43,436 nt of DNA, taken from Barthelona sp. PAP020. Its lineage: Eukaryota. Below, piece after piece: positions 33,901-37,556 of the stretch. The stretch is from NCBI GenBank assembly GCA_040182905.1, contig JARQWU010000061.1, positions 1 to 43,436 of the forward strand, given 5' to 3'. Position 1 is the first letter of the stretch. Every line of letters begins with the position of its first letter. The notes under the pieces were generated by a model, which was not told where the DNA came from, did not search any database, and saw nothing but the letters and a program-made list of their open reading frames with translations. The translations under genes were made by a program, and so were the position numbers.

Positions 33901-35942
33901 CTGTTCTTAATGATATTGAAAGAGAGGTACAATTAGAATCTTATTTCAACAATTTTGCAATCAATTCTATTTCTGGTAAGCCCAAATATTGTGTCACCGA
34001 GAATGCTGAGTGTTACATTGAGGATATCTCAATAAATGCTGCACCTAACAATTATACAATCAAGATTGTAACTGATAATATCAGAGATACTAACATCACT
34101 GTTGAAAGTTACAATTGTCCTGTTGGTTATGGATATAATGAAGTTCTTGGTCGTTGTGATGCCTGTGCCATAGGTTATTATTCATTGGGTGAAACTATTG
34201 AATGTCTTAAATGTCCTCCTGGTCAATATAATTCTGCCACTGGACAAAGTTCATGTTCTCCTTGTCCCATGGGTACTTATAAAGGTGAAACAGATAATGA
34301 GTGTATCAGTTGTGCTACTGTTGTAGATATTACTGGTCAAACAACATTTGTCAGCACTGATTCTGGCAGTGGTGAATGTAAGTCTTGTCCTATGGGTATG
34401 GCAACTATTAATGGTGTTGATTGTTCATGTATTTCCAGTGAATACAGAGAAGTAATCAATGATGAAGGTACACGTATCTGTGTTCCTTGTGAAGATGGTT
34501 TGTATTGTGATGGTACTGAATTAACTTGTGTTCTGGAAGGATATACAAACAATTCATTGGGAGAAATTGAAAAGTGTGAATCTTCTGTTGGTTGTCAAGG
34601 TACTTGTCATAATATGGATGATGTTGATTATTCAACCTTAACATTGGAAGTTGCCTTACAATGGGAACCAACTTGTGCCATTGGATATAGTGGTAGAACT
34701 TGTACAAAGTGTGATGATGGTTATATGAACATGAAACCTGAATGTGTACAATGTCTTGGATGGATGAAAACCGCAATTGGAAGTGTTTTGAGCATATTGC
34801 CTTTTATTTTTGTCACTTTATTGATTAAGAACGATTTTAAGAGAAACATGCCTACCATTGGGCATATCAGGTCTTTTGTTTTCTTCGTTCAAATATTAGG
34901 TTTATTACGTAGAATTACTCCTCTCAAGTTAGCTTCATTACTTCATTGGTTCTTCATAGTTGTTGATTATCTCTTTGTAGATGTCACTCAATCTCAACTT
35001 TGGCAATGTGTTGTTCCACTTATGAATACCACTTATTACAGAATTTCTTCTGTTGTTCTCCTATGTGGCATTCTGTTCTTCATTTATAAGTTAACATCTA
35101 CGAATAATTGGGTCAACACATGGGCACGTGTTATGTTGAGTTTCTTGATTGCACCTTTAAGCATCAGTTCATTTGAATTCATTGCTTTGATTGTTGATGA
35201 TGGTAAGTTGGTAATGAGCACCATGGTAGATGTTGCATTCGTTGCATTCCCCAATTATTTCATTATTACTTTCTTGTCTTTGGTTGGTTTACTTGTATTA
35301 TTTATGTTGGTTAAATGGTTAATCACTCCAACAGATGGTTTGGATTCCAATAAACAAACCATTGATCCTATTTTCAGAATTTTCAATAGAAACAAATTCT
35401 ACTATGCTTTGATTCAATTCTCATACATAATTGGATTCAGTTTTATTGGTTCAATCACCTTGTTCCTCAAATGGATTCAATTCGTGACTTTATCTGTATT
35501 TGTTGTTGCAATTCTCATTGTTCATTTGAGAAATGCTGATTTCAAGAAGAAAGAGATTCAGAGAATCTTCTCCATTCAGTATTTGTTAATGGCCATGTTA
35601 TTGTTATTATTGATAACCTTAAATGTTGGTGAAATTACTGTTGATGAATTATCATCCTTCTGTAATGTCCTATTCATTATTTTAACGTTTGAGTTGGGTA
35701 CTATTCTTACAGCCACTATTATAGCTCTTTCCAAACGTAAAATTGCCACCATTAACAATAAAGAATTATTTGATGGATTTAAAGATAAAGAACTTTATAT
35801 TCCAAATGTATACGATTCTCCAAATCCCATGAAAGTGTTTGGATACAGTTTTGAGGAATTCAAAGAATTTGAACATACTTCTTCAGCAACACCCTCACCA
35901 ACCATTTCAAAAGACTTCGGATTTGGTTATGAAAGCAATTAA
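6933..35942 (+). CDS. Giant multi-pass membrane surface protein (9669 aa): signal peptide, long degenerate beta-helix repeat region, pectin-lyase/Pmp-like domain, Cys-rich repeats, about 9 TM segments
   Basis: Uninterrupted 29,010-nt ORF. Signal peptide MKLLKAFLLLIFIIQALG; recurring G.x.G.D...(L/F).W.GG motifs; GKDSDTCGAPSNPCKTF; Pmp-like GGAF/FENN/GGGFAI; CPPGQYNSATGQSSCSPCPMGTY (ephrin-receptor-like/GCC repeats); hydrophobic helices at about 34770-35730. Confidence 0.9.
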   Translation: MKLLKAFLLLIFIIQALGNKFICEKGDFFDTQCWDNNQVPNEYSFVTIPGGSEVYVSKSIYILGISVGDSDCEAILNFEYGSYLNTEIFNWYNGNITGYANVLVNNVLTIESDGLHYLDAANRILVLDGVAVINNTVITFAQDANIKTGMDVIVNIDGNVHFDAINPRTDRNITAEDDEYLFYGETRIYGSLFVLKNANLITNVNFIHMGEVVGLIGNLTIEGYAMFYGDVAIAADCFLISSGLASTIDLKSMSRIYGEGSILSQNDGFFAISSMAVKLTGPMIAVGSEIFFTGMAVIEHLYVHNITNSLVTFSGCRFENFEFIFNVYSGSMIGIDVSLRNDDDAYYFMKGTVYGGLVDIGNCSLPIYFNILTLYGGKTLLDTGYPITLDLFYLHYPAIYHSYTISEVINVFDWFGGAFISNSTLLPDSNFTIYNEGEHYFGEWCEMYIYENIYSYINDDCSIHLGDSSKWIFDLEVEQTNDLIFYNCQNATVLLKKNYTLNGAKLDFGGYIEEDQQFIQCTKDFGSLKIDFLAHFEMFSGEIGISGLLDVIVDVDASFKSNDVTNVILTNNTGHARFEGYFEIDNPLYVLNQSIFEVNNGTTFIGQGYFNFAEQGYLIYGGDYRLVPNWEFSEGKSFFTETSKIMVENVSIDLKAHECLIDLTQLNDLNLTLTVENHSCFGVQNALLVDVDVIKSADSTLQSFYSEHVIFEHRQDAIERVNLNVVESDLIDWVVDEVIESKVDIMTSSVQMYVSFVDQMKLNEIEGYLVFNGTDLIDGNSTFVLRNSEIVFDGINEYVSIDNSKILLEGDLNTLNGWFKYEDNGKTNNTMVILSSKTVINHLWMNGPVINILRGVTVEFNFLLQGNETFKMINGSNMNDIPYTTLIFDYLSFDVELRDFFFDINMIVDIRGNLNVIYDIDLHLTPFTNLIFEEGSISEIEALLNITNDDLERHECYNPIFAGQIDIFNKGSLALNCTDNVFTKTSYINSTAGEVIISDNTTFEGTLNFSCDSIGLFIGTENSSLWYEYVFTSTSKVYTYNNATLITLNENLVVKVFGLFEILTEIHLNYAQFLFKDCVMHIDSIELLEGNLTIDHCVHQKNHYDLVLDVFEIFNSQVTFIGINGLYVDELIINGTTALSLVDLKEVIFKDRLVMQSGSLVGPAVIYTGSIEFFAGYIRKDIQIILYESNITLEGEPNYHLLVDDGSNIIIPDGLNMTVEGQRSYLEFGDNTYLKVEGDMYVANEYSEFTVHSVEKPTFSANAQQILDPYLNYQYPANYVWPIFDIRGNLVVNTTLYIESKIKMTGQLSIEPGAKFLIGSMVIDFNVELTDTTQGLEKSYLIGTSTIVVLPNVVINGMGSELLCSSTGYLRFGGIWNISKAFVVTEGTYQFLPGAIFDFKQLNISGGKTMFSRVSADQEQWDMTKIFVDSGDLILDGLKKQVNIDLLYVKQGTITIENMVKTPNITKIILGGGYIEFGKQDVSSHFELLDLRGGDVVFNTGKPVYVDFFYLSKGSKISGSDTVIVLNRSVLTDGIVESDIIFDEESFVHFMNSVTDVGVVCNDNKMLLNGLTSLNDGIIISLKGSANFTFNNQVSLNGLVNFTQTSESLMKGERNVFEASNNSTWLQMESDDEVYLDIMSFDVLNIQKAYIIMDGSSWNFKGEVDMVDSVYFIASMMNLEGKMNISDLLLSGPSSLENFFKNQPEKCDITVQYIYNLELGDSLTSLEEVDFGLPDEYKSSTLAYFEDGQLHIPVVYSGHYTIYSGDTEYLCWNEAVNKHGDIIAIDTIGDEFIEDNEWFKSLNTDEEKWWKSFAPSDEYSGDCTFIAYAKSNSSQYVHVNVSDGIVPQGKFNHTVITGKLDYGIANYLNVELSNGEAVYCGVKPLPPVDFDSFVFALKGELYTQAQTLKTTFATFSLEKGFYWNLEEFDLYKTTFKIANDVDRDLNIVFKGVMTGGRFEVVGERLNLTFINFEFSSNAEIHLNHVLSANFYEITYNSILFYSMDSTIIMDEVFDGISIKSIGLSLYNSEIIVESNSFASNYAIYVDNSSLIFDNLLVVDARFSILNSYNYFANVTIQRSSMVTIQSNNEIFIDLLDIYRSYVRVFDNNNLNITEMYVKTTSYDPFYDFDVTFRDITHTIETRMNGSNYIQDLYLDNMIWKSQSDTSAVDSLHWLSGRIQCSNTIEVAHFLGESNGVKALYFGCTIRMTAESKFESGQLLFAGSFDVAQNASFYFYVNDMRTVWEYKYCYTSCYRHHCRTHCYRRLRANEYYGIAGDSNIYVSGNMTINVVPRSWSFKSNIFKTYEGSVVEFISNADIMRSWQIGGIFKSNYNIRYLASPSSLSWNSYGTSEVYLNTFRIITTNVDDYNRADAIARGIFNVTNLQITEATLQFLGSDAIINVDHFTMDSSTMIAHDIINSSCIGITELQDSIIRMKNTDLFVFDKVYASASSKIYNANPLLVIGYLYLNNATVTGNYQSLLGGFNITTLHVKKASIVVIDNLVVYNFAQLAPNSESDCTENFYHWYYYHDSYTVCQRYRQINNFSIVTKGVFDKTTYFVHVNLETNLNTTLLTLQSVYIYGWYTILNHGQMNVINSGRLYNFDFAGTLTNAVDGVLTIEASSYLQLRNFKGINYGNFTVRNTGVLQGYSGNVYSLWINKVNSTLFIEGTSWSDFKGHYMYTYGFYQAPELHFSNEGKHIFNTEEINVDLISVYNYGVVQILNAIALSEDNSYRKIRVEQYAQFIWTTISDINIESFESINYGQTHLTVENGDLYVNNTVGRSHGLMDVLFNNGTFGVDTADLTTKAKLNIENMNDDVIVENYLNIDGIIHAFNISGYFIINEQDFVNEGELKIDTFDNIIIGGNKEVTMINKGIMNLRNLREDEILAKLTNTLNAQFIIYNVRNLDVNIIINYGTVYFEKVLNFTAEYLENNDGLLHLNDVAKVDYELLLNSADVIFEEVRIMNVSPYYMLTSTSKMTYHGIIEVFNIPYHFYAGNGTIILEDFYLSPVIGFLDPMKGTFVLNSKQLVTVDYSIINFGAKISGYDTVYFIHENGVKWNGGEIETLTIFINYGFVVNGSVEHIWRGAMLENATTIDIINDPIVLGIDGYWKVSTDIEWKGGFDTHFKVQAKNTATKLYLEESTTMSIASGFTFEWYIHTKISWNVLTNDMHFKYGGGIFEKNVSVSSTRLLSFTDGFYTLTETSVVTPSDIRFEVLSNDCTGTFVYKPTIGVHVFGKFEPVSIDVYDKGYIMFESGSLIQLSSVNIKESACVLIHDIDTLNSSATEINIVPTCDNSGLFAYIDPRKDVYFKDWYFDYVCEIQFRKFSKVNLYVEPIDLSDGGHVRFLKSGISSNEVGWMNNQTLESLKINNANAIFEANTGLNYYITDVIFNAGVRTGYDLLNISTMEQNGGLSYYGSYNVSDMTIGGDATKRYVDGSEVFSIDHLIIGGTGSVSIENGFYMYGNSTVIDNAHFVGVGTIVLYGETKLLSSWTLECYSKFLLPSSTTVTESKTLKVYQSTIDSEILFEASTYLILAHNRYHIQSNALLNGTGGIMKYGAGSIIVFDGVYLMTPIFDQLYNSEFTFTTLSSINITTLIVRAGFVKVQDVTSITQNLTFDSIVVKTRGRLYFETFHNNIDIKSIEIKVGVLSFKNINFMTKIGSITLDGGYLVFDSGCNVTIGEFTLIEGFKTGVDNLFIDTLIWRGGGFLGNTQTHVLVNATFLGTDKRFIGLNHQVFIEHQLYSSGFYTIHSCGGLSNELHYSGNTSSINGTIKLLSGVPGGSENSKTWSYWIQGYSGFSFGCSHYSIYNTDLCTSSVLAKEPVLGQVHATSSCLLHFSLSNCNSDSAYANKYPRAIEYNSPTTQKLGFVLYNTSVLNIEEKAMFNYSNHYLSLKGHINVKGSLFIKQGFTIEKNSSVQLYDGGIFEVHGGVNHVYGSLFDITSEPDISKHGKFITRYILLSYLNYRPYVWWWYSCRFCASECIFKRSDVVFHNNSYFNITSGGRVLQSTWTVEEGAIFTPSEFFVETSPPVTCRKYYKPYEGCLASRIVSFRRDGILNIESSKFDAGTLHALGGNVYLKNVTIELDILNMQSGLISGNIIGTVNIENKLNWYGGYFTNYLFVNSFNFTKIMGPIIKQINYHSTLRLFGETDFLSTGALSLSTNSTFINNGIFNNNISSVYKGVGSLRSHFINNGTFNINKPSTNVYFYIGFDSTEDSIANVNNGIINILEGGNFNGSINITNPQGALYVSSKGYTTLWNNPILNFTKTSHFEMWGSLYVFGDIGAVYFSGYFFSNTTLYVRGGYVKYHDGAILDKFERIDLNEGTVEFYDINSTLVIQNIQQTKGAVNYFTDTNVTTVRHYLYGGIKGGTDVNIITEELDMCGGQLGNSSKTFIQNEAKIRRARETAMLYKALLYIESNATLDFPPGTIDDGISYRVVPCFNAYNESTIDNYGTVYILHPLKISVPSDEKADFNNYNLFDVKDNANIALTLYNYNLTTVFGSIFYLNRGGWSYGTLSFGALVEFLVGTRFVVAEGSFWKVAGVYVNFLKDGVLDLYGNMELEHLKVVMDIPYEEQMENPTLRYGNMNIYSSATFTSDTKIELSGPNITFYEQHKELTLHTLILRNGFAHFYSNKPVLIEQLIIRGGYRDGSDPVVVTGQLLWQSGGLSGNGTTTSTNLTSLQNVVQLPPELMKVLPNIKLYLLDEAIFENNGIAYANFPATFYGDHGARIINNGVWNFNHRVRWSTANVTEATIFEEKIVEYEEKEYTLKNWTGLPYWINRGDIKGKSTEEYFETMWRMQLESGIFYANQEKVVLGRGIQATEGTIIFNDTLVFEGDFIFEKDSAIYGHNVKLNVSNNATVIFEGLFCVTGDDTVVSGEGELVFTNVTRFCETSYVVMCGTNVSFHEDKVLRGLELDCGSYRLGPGRLIVQEELRIGHGGLDGGLTISQRNTNFYGSADKYIGDYTTLTIEDNLEINGNSRLIGGHDARLKIMESATMHICGGVNVIQRNASAIPIIYNEGTIVKDAACNNADQSSSISWAVEQTTSGLIHIAKGELFLDPVESTLAGEIRIGALGIYRLYDDSTLVGTAKFTTVCGANIDPNGYTMTFVGINIVPDSNCIFEIKNGVIEIGDDAVLNIVKTHIFNNGTLRLNNGTIPLLSDVQIYDNGSLDAASGNVMTITDMHVYDGNLIGSGKIVIESAIVESILFKDVEVDIQTLDFKAGEHMFDNTKIYVVDSLTVHEGNMNMSTSLIHLKEYSSIIFKDEHSIFADADDNSLFETEANSNVIVEGKLSVQANFDVQGELFVNNNGSLTIDTFIGQGFIIEGTVKNEGVIDINSMMHVKGILNNLGVLNVYGVLDVNYATVISNSCMNVMKEATLTLLSSKITSLHLCSVEGDIDVVDSTFTNIIVDHIDGSEVKFYTSEILRLSLLHCLNTDIDFVETNSSNVNFNTENNCNISILAGETYIEKTNMINSVLKVAVFRENAESKTDPRQLEDDFIKFEGDMTLLNSSVNLKSAWIWEINEINITLDNSELLFSTWNSSHAVVDQLYMTGVSTLYGELDVNQFEFEGGDLLDETILLVQNVIFSTEQIKDFNDETKVTVLKETNWTAGDIYGLFNSELYIPVNSIFRIQSDDVMDCPDNSRPLLNVLGEIEVNNDATIRWRFDLSNYVNIIDGAVLTLDGNTTCNNGNFTVQKDSNLIITYGFIGTETCGLTGDGGLIINDTDAYVVLDGYLNLMDTLTVIDGLLDLRTTEIGYMDLDWIGGIVLMKEIHGCELVISKVEEDHLYFINNNTLCNITISQFFSYLIEIGPVDFDKVQIGHMLSSASLVFHDRAFIDEVCLKDINGGNVTFEKDSQSTISCFVQNNGDAFFQTNANLKLDVCLTLNGGNTVFDHGSVESLIIECIIVRNNARLTVNQRLDKANNTLVIRDLTIETTGLFGTDSNDYNYPYNSLFIIGTWLIKGGGMNVHSSVSLGVAASVIQTGNFIIGENSTLFYYQGNFMIDTTLSNLVTTFMKGSQWNIYQNAILTIKSSVKSFTLDNSNCESCNLQVADSASIEIYTTTIFNVPTMVIDSANIHVMTNVVSRIDDEFIVNKDASIILEAGSQLQITGTVIVYGMIKGEGTVKIINGGLLKLYGESEENIHFIVDNGEFIIEESAVCSNLNLHNNNNGETTIKGLVNGVTNIVTSGKLEFNSTAVVKCVDTIVSTGYTILYNESTVFIVDSIVTVSANTFIIEKDVILSSENVSLIVNGGNLIIYHTLTHYIYSVKLSSGSLSFLGDFSYVLYVHEYTQTNGKLLGSQSIEITVDGSWYGGYIQHMHVEIRNTFEIKGTIYLGGIEDSHEFITQETSILTQLNGYLRVLESTTVTNNGKWIMDTTKGPSYIQAYSGSPRFIQNKLFEKMNTGNIYGTLAIDAVFTETSVTTVRLIYITSDFVFDDQAIFDVEDTVDAKTTSNLNFTKGSKLIGKKNLIIRGHAEFANTIQLMGYISVYGSVANARINDNSICLECNLKVTYGKIIFKNTVEKQGHFNTTLEQYSSSTVEIEENAVISLMKIQMTSSTLEMLGSATLNLNNSIISSLNSKLLLNGSLGDEHIDNVRIERTLLQLNGITDMKISFVEALAGEIDVTIDSQMHVKMGEFKNKVIKSNKGPIEFINVDLYEAEIKEGTITVIEKSQSITASEVFINTNLTTNIWVSKENSVTSSIIGKIVSINSFFEEGSQFILRPDNSEEEEVAEPIFLSKESTISSGTSTNEILFYWKFVDKNVFNGCNIRLFNGHLYNEVNIAKDCKVTSMQNITLYNETKLSGEGQLQALDSSYIRIQGYVEMLGNVYSEDQSDIIFENSTIANVTVAAKQSNILIDSDCEVDYIGIIVYYKGIINYEAKKSHQLAKTTLLLIELYDGVVQFDNVEMVWHKTNVYVEGNLAKLMVLSGMYEGEDVSFEINSGLVYIAENVENKYNCINLVINGGEFDFNGNNKLICTNLILDNNGIKSGTTDIHSLNAELISGTLQGNSVTVINETLSLPDSKIIVSAEHILMNDGQATFSSGFIKMDRKSKLINTVEGIFILNGGSIKSLVSEENPEFINYGELIKQGTDIVDVEVLLVNEYEALIYVKEGGFKISLDSSNNGTVLLDDNTSLLLNGEFSFLTKSTIVGNVSSTIYVQTSKAFIALGGIIDHDGDFIIEDGEMNVTVSAQLKTMNLISEGGKTMILRGANVPSMTLLVNDGEVIFKTGCIINGLSKITENGGFLLFEAETSFVVDNLEFVMTGGHALFAENAKSILTNAVFDISSGMVIFANNSFTTLSFTKLIVQNNGVLNVTDEDIVSVNLMQILSEGRINGGLFEMTKAVYGLSYVANVEMNVIDVMINNQLTLEESSIKISNSAKIYEEGGIKLDCQSILTFDGSLDIVGNGSIESTEKCPNENHQVILGGKTKISEEFTFNINLFLAKTSDLLASDIIHFNGRTVVNGIIYINPIVLIWGGKIINGGYMYFNDSTITILGGFENEGKMIFNENSILDVRVNMKNKENATLEIYGLVKSTETAGKMYNDGFMLFEKTDLNITDIENSNTGVLFFINCIDVIDYLTLINSGNVLINNSDIHAVNLTTTGGDIIIDNSNVSYSLLYTFEDTKLVLSNYTIMKVNENVIFNNSNVVVSDGSFIDFEVGNLQLINSNLYVSEDSMTQFLVTKRLDLINSSIVLKQGSIDEFYVNEISLNNSTLMIESLGEKQEFAHVYTVTFTNNSTFDHNITVRIDTAYLYDGHLESNGTTIVINDYHGSVLVAPEHTFIVTNKFELIANFVMSCGSSFTLESDASLVLGSGVGIVPIEDCPAKFINYGTIIKNDNGDKSFISVDLVNHGLIDIQQGEMDLNKEVEINHGNVEVVGVLNLFGNVVISEGSIFESKDTGIINVQNNLTNNGSLKGTVEVFEDCNMYILEGGTVLKLEDITIINHGLIHMKGYADDVIIENYKNLMMNANIDDITINNYDGIVEDLSIIDDLILNMHGGEYYQKHNDVSINNLILAIEYGTMTFNGTVKTGEITSSAKKASYINMNGIITLNKFNCNPKTILTTSIESIISITYLDNEGTIHSSSNRVYITRYVHYNGYSSFNNATIDELIQIDSEIVVTNLISQVKGIHVNNGSFTCDNCKVSYFTIEEGELSMNGVVNTLEFGLEYPIPPTNMVDISSVLPNIKLTHLNLQLTHMIGTDSVYVISTDDVYIKMTNFIINSNLFIYSESSSTVNGVLDVVSLSINEGYSSIINMNVYVSGNVNARGVLQVGWLSFGETSHLNLIGGSFGLLSQRLDINSTQYLNGYGSIIGDVIIGGILVVESPSITIYGEVIFETTAVLELDMSIDDLANKETTPLYVKSDVTINGELLIDFVYNQTVKQGTEFLLMEYKGLTTNTKFVADIEDEYAIEIRYEDERMIAFVTGDITKGELSGYYLAVSSGKDSDTCGAPSNPCKTFKFIYNTLLSGQKTASVIIVEDIYDKSGYIFGVNKNKCFVTIVGLIQNGRRPHIEGVLLSTRNTNIAFKDIIFDNFNRAAIFQSNAEYTLTNCDFFNCIIVQTLSNGNIIMNNVYLEECSFKPTYGSVTAKNLVYSHTTKPFEISRKNVFYVDGLKITNHPKTKPITILNQISSYGDKSIIKNLVIECETTIDVSRSYLDIVNANMPNVDMILGFETDLNINQTDLNKIKAIVTEYDDCNIIFTDCYLKDVEINREIIQVSKISNFIFINLEITNVVFNVEWLSISKSTDNQILLFNNVVVKNVEGSSLIVLKDFSKYIDFSIVNSNFNDIALTNTNLFKFESCDQVKLTISNTEFNNVRSNVLGVVFHASNIYSLNIDNTKFLNCESTSGGAFVVTQLFDMSNVLFENNVAHNIGGGFAILLDDDSENIQQEYESSFKQKYANEWKNIQCRGNKAKIGGCGFINTIKLPVLTDFVDALGNSAEIYGDLFATDNRNNLVNLTKYEPDDTTMNPYYGFNFTIVDAYNNTVLNDIEREVQLESYFNNFAINSISGKPKYCVTENAECYIEDISINAAPNNYTIKIVTDNIRDTNITVESYNCPVGYGYNEVLGRCDACAIGYYSLGETIECLKCPPGQYNSATGQSSCSPCPMGTYKGETDNECISCATVVDITGQTTFVSTDSGSGECKSCPMGMATINGVDCSCISSEYREVINDEGTRICVPCEDGLYCDGTELTCVLEGYTNNSLGEIEKCESSVGCQGTCHNMDDVDYSTLTLEVALQWEPTCAIGYSGRTCTKCDDGYMNMKPECVQCLGWMKTAIGSVLSILPFIFVTLLIKNDFKRNMPTIGHIRSFVFFVQILGLLRRITPLKLASLLHWFFIVVDYLFVDVTQSQLWQCVVPLMNTTYYRISSVVLLCGILFFIYKLTSTNNWVNTWARVMLSFLIAPLSISSFEFIALIVDDGKLVMSTMVDVAFVAFPNYFIITFLSLVGLLVLFMLVKWLITPTDGLDSNKQTIDPIFRIFNRNKFYYALIQFSYIIGFSFIGSITLFLKWIQFVTLSVFVVAILIVHLRNADFKKKEIQRIFSIQYLLMAMLLLLLITLNVGEITVDELSSFCNVLFIILTFELGTILTATIIALSKRKIATINNKELFDGFKDKELYIPNVYDSPNPMKVFGYSFEEFKEFEHTSSATPSPTISKDFGFGYESN

Positions 35943-36223
35943 AAAGAAGAATTTGTGATTCAAAAAAAAAAAAAAAGCTTTTTTTGAACGAAAACTCGTT
36001 CAAATTTTATGTTTATAAATATGTGAAAGTTTTATTTTGTGTTTTTTGTGTGTTTCAATTATTTCAATTTTTGAAGCTTTTCAAGACAACTGGTGCGAGA
36101 GATTTGAAAAAAAACTGTGAACACTGAGATTTTATGGATGATCATATGTAATAATACAACAAAGCTGATCTATATTCATTTAAAGAATAAAGAAAAATAA
36201 AACAAACATTTACAAATAGACAT

Positions 36224-37489
36224 TTAGAAATATTGACTCACCTTATCTGATCTTTTAGTAACCTTTGTGTATGCAGTTTCAAAATCTTTACGCATAACAA
36301 TGTAACGATTATGTCTAACTGCTTGCATACCGGCTTCTTGACAAATGGAATGAATATCTGCTCCAGAAACCTTATCGGGACGTGTGACATAATCTTCCAA
36401 ATCAACATCATCCGCCAAAGACATCTTATTTGTACAAACTTGGAATATTAATCTCTTTTGTCTGCGATCAGGTAAAGGAAATTCAACTTTTCTATCGAGT
36501 CTACCAGGTCTTAATAAAGCAGGGTCCAATGTATCAGGTCGATTTGTGGCCATAATAACCTTCACATCATGAGATTTATCAAAACCATCCATTTGTGCTA
36601 ATAGTTCTATTAAAATACGCTGAACTTCACGATCAGACCCCAATTGTGAATCAAAACGTTTGGTAGCAATAGCATCAATTTCATCAATAAAGACAATTGA
36701 TGGTTGATTTAATCTGGCTAATTTAAACACATCACGAACCATACGAGGACCTTCACCCAAATATTTTTGCACAAATTCTGATCCAACAACACGGATAAAA
36801 GAAGCATCGGTATGATGTGCCACTGCTTGTGCCAACATAGTCTTTCCTGTACCAGGAGGCCCATATAACAATACACCCCTTGGTGGGTCAATACCGATCT
36901 GTTCATACAATGAGGAATGCGTTAAAGGAAGTTCAACTGCCTCACGCAATTCTTGTTTTTGGACATCATAACCACCAATATCGGCATAAGATACAGTTGG
37001 TCTTTCGGCAACCAACTTGACAGTTGAATCTGTTTCATCAGGTAAAATTTTTACCAAACTATTAGACACACGATGTAACGCAATAGAACATCCAGGCTTT
37101 AATTCTTCACGATCAATTGTTGATAAAACTCTGACCAAAGAATTTCCCCCATTGGCAGATGACACAATAGCAGTGTGAGAATCAATCATTTGACTGAACT
37201 GTCCAACAATAAGAGGTACAGATTGAATACGTTTAACTTCTTCTTTGGCTTGTTCCAACTCTCTTTGTAATGTAAACTCTTCATCTTTCACATAATCTAT
37301 CTGAATTCGAAGATATTTCAATTGTTCTTCTAACGCTTTCATGCGTAAATACGAGTCTTCAACCTCATTTGAAACAATTTTATCGTGAAAATTTTCAATC
37401 TATCCTTTGTTAGTAAATAAATTTAAATATATGATAAAATTAACTTTTTCATTATTAATAGGTTGAAATTTAATACCTAATTCTTCCAT
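36224..37489 (-). CDS. RPT3: 26S proteasome regulatory ATPase Rpt3 (subunit 6B/PSMC4); two exons: complement(join(36224..37399,37445..37489)), 406 aa
   Basis: AAA motifs [45 protein letters not shown] and [12 protein letters not shown]. Splicing out 37400-37444 gives the N-terminus [41 protein letters not shown], matching the MEE(I/L)GI start known for Rpt3/PSMC4. Confidence 0.95.
37400..37444 (-). other. 45-nt phase-0 spliceosomal intron in RPT3
   Basis: The minus strand reads GTTAATTTTATCATATATTTAAATTTATTTACTAACAAAGGATAG: GT..AG ends, perfect TACTAAC branch site, very AT-rich. Removal joins two in-frame exons; retention puts the terminal TAG in frame. Confidence 0.9.
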
Positions 37490-37556
37490 AAAACGAAATT
37501 TAAATTGTAAAAAAAAAAGAGATTTTTATAATCAAGTGCTGTTTCCTCCACAACAA
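37490..37556. promoter_or_regulatory. Putative bidirectional promoter region between RPT3 and the calmodulin-like gene
   Basis: 67 bp between divergent ATGs (37489 on -, 37557 on +), containing an A-run. Confidence 0.5.

Noticed and set aside
7613..35758. Many 60-106-aa ORFs nested in or antisense to the giant gene, and similar ones within HPS5-like, PGK, RPT3 and WD40
   Set aside because: Shadow ORFs expected from codon bias; many start at non-ATG codons and none has recognisable motifs.
36224..37342. ORF-track start of Rpt3 at MKALEEQ
   Set aside because: It omits the conserved MEELGI N-terminus, which the 45-nt intron restores.
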